Part shown: piece by piece, positions 1 to 9,497 of the stretch
How positions within the stretch are numbered: the stretch's first letter is position 1
Layout of the letters: every line of letters starts with the position of its first letter
DNA from: Promethearchaeota archaeon
Lineage (GTDB): Archaea; Asgardarchaeota; Lokiarchaeia; Sigyniarchaeales; SOKP01
DNA: 43,522 nucleotides
Assembly (NCBI GenBank): GCA_048938445.1
Contig: JBHLME010000022.1
Location: 1-43,522 of the forward strand
Direction of reading: 5' to 3'
The notes under the pieces: generated by a model
Seen by the model: the letters and a program-made list of their open reading frames with translations, nothing else
Told to the model about the DNA's origin: nothing
The model's database searches: none
Translations under genes and position numbers: made by a program

Positions 1-24
1 GGGCTGAGAAGGTGTTTAGATTTT

Positions 25-345
25 TTAATCCTTTATCATTATATTATCTTCTGAAAACCCTTCTTCAATTAATAGTTGTTTTAATTTAAAGCGATGATCT
101 CCCATTAATTCTACTTCATTACCTCTAATTGTACCTCCTGAGGCAACTTTTCTTTTTGCTTTTTTTAAGAAATCCTGCAAATTCTCACTAAACGCTCCTT
201 CAAATTTAATGAGGGTAACCGTTTTACCCCATTTTCTTTTATCAAGATAAATGGTTATTTGAAGTTCATCAAGAAAAAGACCATCACAGACGCATAACTC
301 TTTTGGGTTGCTACACTTTGGACAAATTTCAGTATTATTATTAAT
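25..345 (-). CDS. sui1: Translation initiation factor aIF1 (SUI1/eIF1 family), probable AUU start
   Basis: Not in the ORF track. My translation is (I)NNNTEICPKCSNPKELCVCDG...ITIYLDKRKWGKTVTLIKFEG...KRKVASGGTIRGNEVELMGDHRFKLKQLLIEEGFSEDNIMIKD*, i.e. the archaeal SUI1 N-terminal Cys cluster plus the GGT and GDHR motifs. There is no in-frame ATG/GTG/TTG between the upstream in-frame TAA and the Cys cluster. Confidence 0.93.
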   Translation of the reverse strand: MNNNTEICPKCSNPKELCVCDGLFLDELQITIYLDKRKWGKTVTLIKFEGAFSENLQDFLKKAKRKVASGGTIRGNEVELMGDHRFKLKQLLIEEGFSEDNIMIKD

Positions 346-525
346 AAGTTTTATTCCCGTATTTTTTAATTATTAATATATTATACTTTCTCAAATCAAT
401 ATAAATAACTTTCTCATAAAAACCTTAGCTATTCTTCATGAGTATTAAATCATTCAAATTGGGATAATAATGATAATTAATACAATGATTTAAAGAAAAT
501 TGTGATAATATCTAGATTTTTAATA

Positions 526-1986
526 TTATATTTTATCAGAATTGTCCCAAAAAACGGGATATTTTTCTTTTTTTAAATTATAAATTCTAGTTCGCATTTT
601 TAGAGCCGAGACCGCTTGAACAGATTCTTTTATACTATGAAATACGGGAATATTCGAGAGTTCCAAAGCTTCAATGATTAAACCATACTTTTTGATATAT
701 GGAATAAAGCATATTATTGGTTTTTTTTCTTGAGAAGTAACATTAGCAATTCTCCTCCCTATTTGAAATGAGATTGAAGGGGTATAGGGAAGAATGAGTA
801 GGATAATGCATTCAATGCGCTCGATTTTTGAAAGATATCGTATAATATTTTCAATATCTTCATCTTGGGCTGAACCCGTGAGATCAATTGGGTCATTAAA
901 TGAAGCTATAGGACGGGCAACTGGATTGACTAACTCTTTCATATCTTTTTGTTCTTTTTCAGTAAATTTTACAGAACTTAATCCATACTTTTTAAGAAGA
1001 TCCGCACATATAACACCATGCCCCCCTGAAATAGAAAGAATTGCTACTTTACCATAAATTACTTTATTATCTCCAAAGGGTTTCAACTTATGACTTAATA
1101 TATCATATAATTTTAAATATGTAAGTAATAAATTTTCTGAACTTGGTTGTATTACTAAATTTTGTTTTAAAGCACCAGCTAACACTTTATTATTCGCAGA
1201 TAAACTAGCAGTATGAGATTTAGTTGCTTCTTTTCCTGCATCTGTAATCCCACCAAAAAAAGCAACCACGAGATCATCTGATTCTCTTGCAACTTTTAAA
1301 AAATCTCTCGCTCTATTATCTTTAAAACCTTCAAGATAGAATGCAATATTTTTTGTTTCTTTATCCTGTTTACTAAAGTATTTTAAAAGCATTGTTTCAT
1401 CAACTACAGCACGATTTCCTATGGAAACAGCTGTTGAGACTCCAATATTAATTTCTTTAAACTTGTGGAAAAATTGATCGACAAGCACACCTCCAGACTG
1501 ACTTATAAGCGCCACGGATCCTTTTGGTGGACGAGTTATTCGTTCTGTAGGCATGAAAATCGTATCCAATAGTGGTGGAGAATATATTCCAATACAATTG
1601 GGACCTAATACAGCAATATCATTATCCAATGAAATTTTTTCTAGCTTTTCTTGGCGTTTAATACCTTCATTTCCTATTTCTGCAAAACCACCACTGATGA
1701 TTATGCAAGCCGGAATGTTTAGATCAGCACATTGACTGACATACTGCAAGGTTGCTTCAGCAGGAATTGCAATAACTAAAAGATCTGGAATTTCTGGTAA
1801 TTCATCTAATCGCTTATATAGTGTTACTCCATCGACTTCACCCCCTTCAGGATGAATACCATACACTTTTACGTTCATTTCAAATTCATTTTTTACAAAA
1901 ACAATTCTGCCCGGACTTGTAGGATTCCTTTTGCTTATCCCTACTACAGCCATCGATTTTGGTTTAAATAACTTTTCTAGATTCAT
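526..1986 (-). CDS. Acyl-CoA synthetase (NDP-forming) alpha-type subunit
   Basis: CoA-binding start LFKPKSMAVVGIS, LGPNCIG, ISQSGG, SIGNR, YLEG and phospho-His motif SHTASL. No ATP-grasp domain. Confidence 0.88.
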   Translation of the reverse strand: MNLEKLFKPKSMAVVGISKRNPTSPGRIVFVKNEFEMNVKVYGIHPEGGEVDGVTLYKRLDELPEIPDLLVIAIPAEATLQYVSQCADLNIPACIIISGGFAEIGNEGIKRQEKLEKISLDNDIAVLGPNCIGIYSPPLLDTIFMPTERITRPPKGSVALISQSGGVLVDQFFHKFKEINIGVSTAVSIGNRAVVDETMLLKYFSKQDKETKNIAFYLEGFKDNRARDFLKVARESDDLVVAFFGGITDAGKEATKSHTASLSANNKVLAGALKQNLVIQPSSENLLLTYLKLYDILSHKLKPFGDNKVIYGKVAILSISGGHGVICADLLKKYGLSSVKFTEKEQKDMKELVNPVARPIASFNDPIDLTGSAQDEDIENIIRYLSKIERIECIILLILPYTPSISFQIGRRIANVTSQEKKPIICFIPYIKKYGLIIEALELSNIPVFHSIKESVQAVSALKMRTRIYNLKKEKYPVFWDNSDKI

Positions 1987-2358
1987 TTTTCATCGGTCTC
2001 TATTGATTTGTATGACTTAAATTAAAAGATATTTTAGAATTTAAACGTGACATAAATAATTTTTCTTGATAGCTTTAATTTTTAAATTATCTTTTATTTT
2101 CTCCATATTTTAAATTATTTAAAGATGAGTATTTTAGACTATAAAAGATAAAATGAAATTATGTTATTTAAGAAAAAAATGAAAAAATAATAACTTGTTT
2201 ATGTAATATCTTCTTGTATGAAGTAATTCGTGGAGATTTCCATAGCTATCTTTAATTTTAATTTTTTTAAAGAATTTAGTAGTTCTTACACGATGACTAA
2301 GTTCACTTGTCTTATTCTTTTGATATTTTTAAACATATTAGTTTTTGAACTGGTATAA

Positions 2359-3147
2359 TCATGGATATTTCATTAATAAATTTTCAATGAAGTCATCCCA
2401 TTCTTTAAAAGATCTCTTTTTTAACACGGCATTACTACAATCCTCTTCCATTTTAGCCCAGGTTTCAATATATTTATTATGCATTAAAGTTAAACTGGAT
2501 TTAATAAGAAACATGATTGAATCTTTGTATTTAACAAAATCTTTCAAAAATTCTTCAGTTTTGCTATCTAACTCATCAGGAGGGAATACGCGTGTAGGAA
2601 AATTCAAGTTTTTTAAATGCTCTAATCCAAATTTGTCTGAAGTTAATAGAATATTTTTAGCAAAAGTCAAACCAAAATTTCTTAGACACATAAATGTTGC
2701 TAAAGCTCGCGGAAACATGGAAATAGCAATCTCTGGCATCCTAAAATACATTTCTGGAAATGGACGATCAGCAAAAATCCTTAAATCAGAAGCCATAATA
2801 ACCATCATACCATAACCTATTGCAGTACCTTGAACCTGAACAATAATAGGTTTTTTCATAAGGAGCATCTTTTGAGTATTGAGTTTTGTATATTTTAATA
2901 CATCTTTAATATTAACTGATGTCTCGTCCCCTGGTTTAATTTTCATGTCAAAACCTGCGCTAAAAAACTTTTTATCCGTACTTTTTATTAGCAAACATTT
3001 TGCTTTATCATCATTCTCCGCCTCTACAAGTCGTTCGTGAAATCTCTTAAATAGGTCTAAATTAAAAGCATGAACAGGAGGTCGATTTAAAGTGATTCTA
3101 GCTACTTTTCTTTTTATCTCGTATAAAACAATATCATCTTGCGACAT
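2359..3147 (-). CDS. Crotonase-superfamily protein (enoyl-CoA hydratase/isomerase)
   Basis: ITLNRPP-HAFN, FSAGFD, KPIIVQVQG-AIGYG, ASDLRI, MPE. Confidence 0.88.
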   Translation of the reverse strand: MSQDDIVLYEIKRKVARITLNRPPVHAFNLDLFKRFHERLVEAENDDKAKCLLIKSTDKKFFSAGFDMKIKPGDETSVNIKDVLKYTKLNTQKMLLMKKPIIVQVQGTAIGYGMMVIMASDLRIFADRPFPEMYFRMPEIAISMFPRALATFMCLRNFGLTFAKNILLTSDKFGLEHLKNLNFPTRVFPPDELDSKTEEFLKDFVKYKDSIMFLIKSSLTLMHNKYIETWAKMEEDCSNAVLKKRSFKEWDDFIENLLMKYP

Positions 3148-3324
3148 ATATCCATACCTTTTTTCGCTCTCTTGATTGAATATTTTTAAATCTACGATAA
3201 CCCATTACAGGTTAATTAAATGCTAACCCACAATAATATATAAATCTTCATTCCTGATGAAAACTTTGCTACACGTTATTATATTTAAAAAAAGTAATGA
3301 AAAAAGAAAAAATTTAAGAATTTA

Positions 3325-4410
3325 TCATTTCTGATTTAAATATTCGTTCATTTCAACGAAAGAACTCGTCCTTATCAAGGCAGCTTTAAGAAATTGGAAT
3401 CCTATATCATATGTAGAACCATCTCCACCTATATGAATGACATAAGGGATATCATTCTTGTATAATCCTTTTGATTTGAGGATTTTTTTTGACGTGGAAA
3501 TGGCATCCGCAATAGTTGCCCCTGATTCGAAGAGGTGGTGAACCCACGGAACTTTCCAAGAAGTGACAAAATCTTTTGATGTGGATACTTCAGAACAACT
3601 CGTATTATTTACATAAACAATGTTTGTTCCTGCTGCAGCAAAAGCACCAGTCGCCAATTGATTAAGTGCCATTCCTGCACCACACCCAGGGCATAAACCA
3701 TGTCCAGGTAATAAATGTTGTTGATGCTCGAGTGATTTTCGGTCGACTTTATAAAAATCTATCGGTTTTTCCGCTCCAAATTTGTCAATTAAGTCTTTTA
3801 TTTTATTATTTCGTTGTTCTGTATAATAAATTATCTCGTCAATGTTTCTTTCTAAGAATTTTGGCTTAAAAAGGTGCCTAAATCGACCCATTGACTTGAG
3901 ATAATCAACAAATTTATCTTTATCAATGTCCAATCCTCGATAATAGCTAAAAATGGGTAGACCATCTTCTACTCTTACCGTATAGAGAGGCCAATAACCG
4001 CAATCAGTCGCTAATTTTGAAATTTTTAGGGCATCCTTCGCTTCATGACGCCAGCCTCTCATACAATCTGAATAGGCTTGAATGAAAGCTGAGCCATTAG
4101 ATTTTAAAGCATCTGCTACTTTTCCTATAAAATCTGCAGGATACGCAGGATTCGTTGTTGCCAAAAACAACTTCTTAGTTCCGTAGAAAGCGAAAGGGGT
4201 CACGAGATCTTGCTTGACACCTATTTTTCCGGGTATTTTTTCACCAGCAGGACCTGTTGTCGTACTCGCGAAAGGAGGAGTCCCTCCTGATTCTTGAATC
4301 CCAGTGTTCATAAACGCTTCATTATCATAATTGAAAAATAATACGTTGCTTTTTTCTTTCCTTTTAAGAATATCTTCAAAATTTATTACATTTCTTTCTG
4401 GTTTGCTCAT
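3325..4410 (-). CDS. porB: 2-oxoacid:ferredoxin oxidoreductase beta subunit, circularly permuted
   Basis: All PorB motifs are present but in swapped order. YDNEAFMNTGIQES/TTTGP/DCMRGW/GRFRHL lie in aa 28-180; PGHGLCPGCG/TSCSEV/WKVPWVH/GGDGSTYDIG lie in aa 235-337. Directly downstream of porA. Confidence 0.92.
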   Translation of the reverse strand: MSKPERNVINFEDILKRKEKSNVLFFNYDNEAFMNTGIQESGGTPPFASTTTGPAGEKIPGKIGVKQDLVTPFAFYGTKKLFLATTNPAYPADFIGKVADALKSNGSAFIQAYSDCMRGWRHEAKDALKISKLATDCGYWPLYTVRVEDGLPIFSYYRGLDIDKDKFVDYLKSMGRFRHLFKPKFLERNIDEIIYYTEQRNNKIKDLIDKFGAEKPIDFYKVDRKSLEHQQHLLPGHGLCPGCGAGMALNQLATGAFAAAGTNIVYVNNTSCSEVSTSKDFVTSWKVPWVHHLFESGATIADAISTSKKILKSKGLYKNDIPYVIHIGGDGSTYDIGFQFLKAALIRTSSFVEMNEYLNQK

Positions 4411-4412
4411 TT

Positions 4413-5636
4413 TTACATTTCCACCTCGTATAATTTATTAGCTGATTCTCTAGCCCCTAGATATGTATATAATTGTCCTTTCATATCTATCGTGTATTTT
4501 ATTTTCTTCTTTGCAATATCCAATTCATCTCTAGTTACATCTCTTCCTCCTAATCCAACAATGAAACTTCGGAACAATGTCCCTAAAGGATATAACGCTG
4601 TAGCTATAGACATTGAAAATGGTGGTAAGAGATTATTGAGTGAATCAGATTTTTCTAAGATAATTAATTTTTCGATGTCATGTTCTTGAACAATTCTTTG
4701 CAGCTCTTCAAAAGGAAATGGCCTATAAGTTCGAATTTTAATTAACCCGATATCTTTATTTTTAGTCATCCAGCTTATAATGTTTCCACACATTGATCCC
4801 ATCGTGATAAAAGCGGTCTTTGAAGAATTATCGAGATTGAAAGTTTCGATTGATTGATATTCTCTTCCTGTCGCATCTTTGAAGCGCTTGTATACGTCAT
4901 CAATCATTCCTAAAACAGGTTTTTTTGCTATATCTAAACCTAATCTCCCCTCCATAAAGAAGTCAGGAGTCACAATTCCACCCCACGTACCAGGATGTTC
5001 AGGATCTATAGTTGGTCTCTTTTTCTTAGGAGTCAACTTTCTTACCGTTTCATCAGGTATTAGTGTCAGTTGTTGGACTGAATGTGAAATGATGAAACCA
5101 TCATGAACAAACATGGTTGGAAATAATGATTCTTCAGAAATCATGACAGACAAGATAGCAGCATCATATGTTTCCTGAACGTTCTCAGAAACTATACAAT
5201 TCCATCCAAAATCAGTCAACACAAATTCCCAAGAATTCCAGATTGATAAATTAGGTGCGTTAAAGGCTCGTGCGGAGATCATCATCGTCAAAGGAAGTCG
5301 CCACCCAACAGCCATCGGTAAGGCTTCTGCCATGAGAAGATATCCTTGAGAAGCGGTTGCCGTAAAAGTTCGAGCTCCAGCAGCACATGCTGCGGTAGAA
5401 TAACTCATCGCTGCAAGTTCTGATTCTACATTTACAAAAGCAGCTTTAAGCCTTCCCTGATGGACTACATCGGATAAGCCTTCAACGGATTGGGTTTGAG
5501 GTGTTATTGGAAAAGCGCAAATGACATCTGGATCCGTTTGTGTTACACCCCCTGCAACAGCATAATTTCCAATCATTGCAGTTTTGATTGGCTTTTTAAT
5601 TTCCTTGAAAAATAATTTCATTGGTTCAATACTCAT
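4413..5636 (-). CDS. porA: 2-oxoacid:ferredoxin oxidoreductase alpha subunit
   Basis: GNYAVA, AFPITPQT, VESE, RTFTATASQG, DGFIISH, YRPFP, GLGGRD. Confidence 0.93.
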   Translation of the reverse strand: MSIEPMKLFFKEIKKPIKTAMIGNYAVAGGVTQTDPDVICAFPITPQTQSVEGLSDVVHQGRLKAAFVNVESELAAMSYSTAACAAGARTFTATASQGYLLMAEALPMAVGWRLPLTMMISARAFNAPNLSIWNSWEFVLTDFGWNCIVSENVQETYDAAILSVMISEESLFPTMFVHDGFIISHSVQQLTLIPDETVRKLTPKKKRPTIDPEHPGTWGGIVTPDFFMEGRLGLDIAKKPVLGMIDDVYKRFKDATGREYQSIETFNLDNSSKTAFITMGSMCGNIISWMTKNKDIGLIKIRTYRPFPFEELQRIVQEHDIEKLIILEKSDSLNNLLPPFSMSIATALYPLGTLFRSFIVGLGGRDVTRDELDIAKKKIKYTIDMKGQLYTYLGARESANKLYEVEM

Positions 5637-5647
5637 CTCTAATCACC

Positions 5648-6640
5648 TCAAGTTTCAGGAACGGCACATGAACCCGGCCCCTGTTTTAATTCTTTACTTA
5701 TCGCATTCACTGGACAGACTTCTAAGCAATTTTGACAGGACTTACAATGAAGCATATCAATTCCTTTCATATGAAATTTACCATCTTCTCCCTTCTCAGT
5801 TATTATCGCAAAATCCGGACAAATAAACCAACATTGAGCACAATCAGTGCATTTTTCTTCGTCCCAAATCATATTCCATTCTCCCCAAGAACCCGTATTA
5901 ACCTGATCGCTTCCAACCTGTATGATTTTATTATCACAATACCATACTCCCGCAGGATCGAGTTCTTTATACCCAGGTAAGCTTAAATTAACTTGATGCC
6001 AAGGGACTTTCGTGTCCTTCGTAAAGTCAATTTCAACACCCGCAGGGTTTTCATAAATGCAAGTCTCTTCAAATGCTCTTTTTATTGCTTTCACATTTTT
6101 TCCGGCAATTTCACCCTTAAAACGCATCATTATTGCATCAGCCAATTGATCAATAGTAAATAGATGAGAGACCCTTATTAACGCACCAAGGATAATGGTG
6201 TTAGTAATGTTTCTTCCTAAGACTTCCATTGCAATATTCGTTGCATCAATTGTCGCAATGTTTAGGTTTTTATTCGCAATCGTCATTCCAATTTCATTTT
6301 GATTCATTGTCGTATTTACGATCAACCACCCACCATCGGGCATTCCATTAGTCACATCAACTTCCGTCAACAAGGACTCATCTAATACTGACACAAAATG
6401 AGGTACGTATACTTGCTCATTAGACCTGACCAAGTCATAATTAGCACTCAAGCGAACATAACTTTCGGTAGGGGATCCCATTCGTTCAGCACCAAATTTA
6501 GGTTGACAAACACCATAACCATCAAAACTTTCAACACATAAATTGCTAGCGGTTACACCTCCTTGCCCGCCTCTTGCGTGAAACCGTAGATTAATGCAAT
6601 TCTCCTTTAAAATTTCTTTTACATGTTTTTCTGTTAACAT
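5648..6640 (-). CDS. porC: 2-oxoacid:ferredoxin oxidoreductase gamma-delta fusion subunit
   Basis: Gamma domain RFHARGGQGGVT, FGAERMGSP, NTIILGA. It is followed by a delta-type NTGSW segment and two 4Fe-4S motifs (CTDCAQCWFICP, CKSCQNCLEVCP). Confidence 0.92.
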   Translation of the reverse strand: MLTEKHVKEILKENCINLRFHARGGQGGVTASNLCVESFDGYGVCQPKFGAERMGSPTESYVRLSANYDLVRSNEQVYVPHFVSVLDESLLTEVDVTNGMPDGGWLIVNTTMNQNEIGMTIANKNLNIATIDATNIAMEVLGRNITNTIILGALIRVSHLFTIDQLADAIMMRFKGEIAGKNVKAIKRAFEETCIYENPAGVEIDFTKDTKVPWHQVNLSLPGYKELDPAGVWYCDNKIIQVGSDQVNTGSWGEWNMIWDEEKCTDCAQCWFICPDFAIITEKGEDGKFHMKGIDMLHCKSCQNCLEVCPVNAISKELKQGPGSCAVPET

Positions 6641-6789
6641 TTTATATCATCAAATTGAATTATGTTCGAAAATGTTTATGTTATAACATAAATGCTATTA
6701 AAAAATTTAAGTTTTATACTTAAATTTTATACAATCTATGAAAAAGAAATTAGCAAGATGAACAGATTTAAAAAATAATTAATTTTATC

Positions 6790-7299
6790 CTAAAATTGTT
6801 CATCTTTATCTACATTTTTTACATAATCAGGAGTATATTGTGTTTTTAAAAGGTTCGAGTTTCCTGTAGCAATTAAATTACCTTCCGCATCACAGATTTC
6901 ACAATAAAAATTCACAATATTTCGTCCTTCCCTGATTAATCTTGCTTTAGTCCGAACTATCTCTCCAACCTTAACTTTTCCAAGATAATTTAATTGAGAA
7001 TCAATCGAAATTAAAAATCCTTTATATCCAAGCGTAGCTGTTGTTATTCCTATCGTGTCATCAATGAGAGCACCTTGCATTCCTCCGTGTAATAACCCCG
7101 TAGGATTTGCCCATTCCTCCCTTACCTTGAATTCTAACTCTACTTCCCCCCTTTTCGCATTTAACAATTTACCATTCAAGTATTTTGAAAATGGAGGGAT
7201 TGTTCCTGGAAAATCTCCAATATTTCTTCCCTTGGCGGCATTAAATAATTTAATGATGCGATTAGATCTTTTTTCGATATCTTGATTAATATCTTTCAT
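6790..7299 (-). CDS. PaaI-family hotdog-fold acyl-CoA thioesterase
   Basis: WANPTGLLHGG-QGALIDDTIG motif. Start placed at ATG 7299 because the track's GTG at 7308 looks like part of the SD. Confidence 0.88.
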   Translation of the reverse strand: MKDINQDIEKRSNRIIKLFNAAKGRNIGDFPGTIPPFSKYLNGKLLNAKRGEVELEFKVREEWANPTGLLHGGMQGALIDDTIGITTATLGYKGFLISIDSQLNYLGKVKVGEIVRTKARLIREGRNIVNFYCEICDAEGNLIATGNSNLLKTQYTPDYVKNVDKDEQF

Positions 7300-7424
7300 A
7301 TCGATCACTGTAAAAATACAATAAAATTAAATTTTTAACCTTAATAAATTAATTTCTTTAAAAATAAAAGAAAGAAAATGTTAATTTTGAAAGATAAATA
7401 TCATATTAAATTTTAAGAACTATT

Positions 7425-9122
7425 TCAAGGTTTAATCTCATATTTATCTATTGGAATTGGTTCGGTAGAAGTTATCATTTTTCCATCTTTTTGTTTAACT
7501 ATAACCCATTTGAGCCAATTCTTATCATCACGTTCAGGATAATCCTCTCTCACGTGCCAACCTCTAGTTTCTGTTCTCATCAAGGCAGCCCTAAAGGTCA
7601 TTTCAGCACATAAGGTCATGCTCTTTATTTCATTCACGTTGAGCAAACCATGTCCATCTTTTGCAGATAAGTTGGGCAATTTTCGTTTTATATATTCAAT
7701 TTTAGAGAGAGCTTCTTCTAATCGATCTTTACTCCTGCGTATTTGATACTTAAAAGGAGTCACTACATCCTGAATTTCATAAAGGATTTCCTTAGGTTTT
7801 ACTCCATTGGTTAAATCCAGGGGTGCAAACATCTGCTTTTTAAATCGTTCGACTTGAGCGAGATCAGGATCAAGTAGCTCTGCTTTTGAAGCATAAATAC
7901 CTGCGGATGATCCTCCTCTAAGCGAGCTAAGAATAGCATTCATCAAACCAGATCCTCTTAGTCCACCTGGAGGGGGTCTTGCACCGATCCAACCTGAACC
8001 TGCCCAGCTAGTATCTCCAACAGCCCATAAACCAGTAAGAGTAGTTCTCATATTATGGTCTACTTTAATGGGTGTAAGTTCCCCTACAAAACTAGGTGTT
8101 CCCTCAGGTTTATCTCCAACTTTACCATGGTTAAGATCTTTAGCAAAATTATATACCAAGGAACCTTTAACCCATTCCAATTTTCTCCAATTTTTATTTT
8201 TCATATTATGTTCAAGAAGAATTTTATCATAATGCATAAGAGATTGATCGATATAGATTGGTCCCCTTCCTTCCATTACTTCTTTCTCCATGGCTAATAA
8301 CGCAGATATGCTCTCATCGGGTTCACCTTCGGGAAAGTTATATTTTTCAGCGAGTAATTCACCATTTTTATTACGAATCGCATACATGGAATGTATTGCT
8401 TCATTCAAATTGGCTTTATACCTTATTTCAGTCCAATTTGCATATTCTGCATTTCTCATCTCGGCCCCGGCTCTATAAGCTGCTGCAATCCCATCTCCGC
8501 GTCCAGCAGACCACATTTTAGTCACTACATAATTACATCCTCCATTGGCTAATATCGTGGATTTTGCGTTAAATATATAAAATTTTTTATCAATGATGTT
8601 AAATCCAACCGCACCTACAACCCGATCATCTTGTTTCAAGAGGTCGACTACTTGAATCTTGTTCATTATCTTCACGCCCATCTTGCGTGCCTTTTTTCGT
8701 AATTGGATGTTCATGTTCAAGCTAATACCAACTGCTGACCACTTATCTGAGAGATAATAAAAGGTGTCTAGTTTTCCCTCCTTATCCCTTGCTACTTGAA
8801 CACCCCATTCAGTTATCTCGTCAATTGCTCCACGTGTTTCTTGAGCATAGGCACGTAAAAGTTCTTGGTCTTCCAGATATATTCCCATATGTTTCACGTG
8901 ATATTCAACAAACTTATCAATATCGTCCTGTGGCATCATTACCCATAAAAAACCTCCGGTTTTTGGGGCTTTTCCGGACCAGCCAGTAGTTTGTTTTTCC
9001 ACTATGAGCACTTTAACGGGATTTTCTTTAGCTTTAATTGCTGTAATAAGACCCCCAATACCACCACCAACAACGAGCACGTCTGTAGTGATTACTTCTC
9101 CTAAACTTTCTAAATCAACCAT
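7425..9122 (-). CDS. FAD-dependent oxidoreductase, AprA/SdhA/NadB superfamily, substrate unknown
   Basis: DVLVVGGGIGG, ILANGG, GDGIAAAYRAGA, GLWAVGD and C-terminal RTETRGWHVREDYP. Confidence 0.85.
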   Translation of the reverse strand: MVDLESLGEVITTDVLVVGGGIGGLITAIKAKENPVKVLIVEKQTTGWSGKAPKTGGFLWVMMPQDDIDKFVEYHVKHMGIYLEDQELLRAYAQETRGAIDEITEWGVQVARDKEGKLDTFYYLSDKWSAVGISLNMNIQLRKKARKMGVKIMNKIQVVDLLKQDDRVVGAVGFNIIDKKFYIFNAKSTILANGGCNYVVTKMWSAGRGDGIAAAYRAGAEMRNAEYANWTEIRYKANLNEAIHSMYAIRNKNGELLAEKYNFPEGEPDESISALLAMEKEVMEGRGPIYIDQSLMHYDKILLEHNMKNKNWRKLEWVKGSLVYNFAKDLNHGKVGDKPEGTPSFVGELTPIKVDHNMRTTLTGLWAVGDTSWAGSGWIGARPPPGGLRGSGLMNAILSSLRGGSSAGIYASKAELLDPDLAQVERFKKQMFAPLDLTNGVKPKEILYEIQDVVTPFKYQIRRSKDRLEEALSKIEYIKRKLPNLSAKDGHGLLNVNEIKSMTLCAEMTFRAALMRTETRGWHVREDYPERDDKNWLKWVIVKQKDGKMITSTEPIPIDKYEIKP

Positions 9123-9161
9123 TTAATTGAACACTTCCATATTTTTGGATAGTAATGTTTC

Positions 9162-9380
9162 CTAATAGTATACAGGTATGTGATCTCTTTCTCCATACTC
9201 AACTTTAATGGATTTTTCTGTACATTCCATTTCACATTGATTGCATGCTACACAATCTTCTTCATAAGCTACAACTGGCTTCTTTTCAATTTCATCCCAT
9301 CGAAGCACGTCAAGAAAACATACATTCACACACGTCTTGCAGCCAGTACATTTATCATAGTCGATTATTATACTATTCAT
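9162..9380 (-). CDS. 2x[4Fe-4S] ferredoxin, AprB-like partner of the downstream flavoprotein
   Basis: CTGCKTCVNVC and CVACNQCEMEC; 39 nt upstream of the flavoprotein on the same strand. Confidence 0.9.
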   Translation of the reverse strand: MNSIIIDYDKCTGCKTCVNVCFLDVLRWDEIEKKPVVAYEEDCVACNQCEMECTEKSIKVEYGERDHIPVYY

Positions 9381-9497
9381 AAATTACACTTATTGCTTAT
9401 TGGTGTAAAATTAAATTCCATGTTAAAAATTTTATTATAATTGTTAACTGAGCATTACTCCTATAAAAAGATTTTGAATATTAAAGAAAACAAAGAA

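Noticed and set aside
1-24. GC-richer sequence at the window edge (gggctgagaaggtg)
   Set aside because: Truncated by the window boundary and too short to interpret.
7425-9380. Calling this pair aprAB or sdhAB
   Set aside because: No AprB tail, no covalent-FAD His, no SdhB 2Fe-2S domain and no supporting pathway genes.
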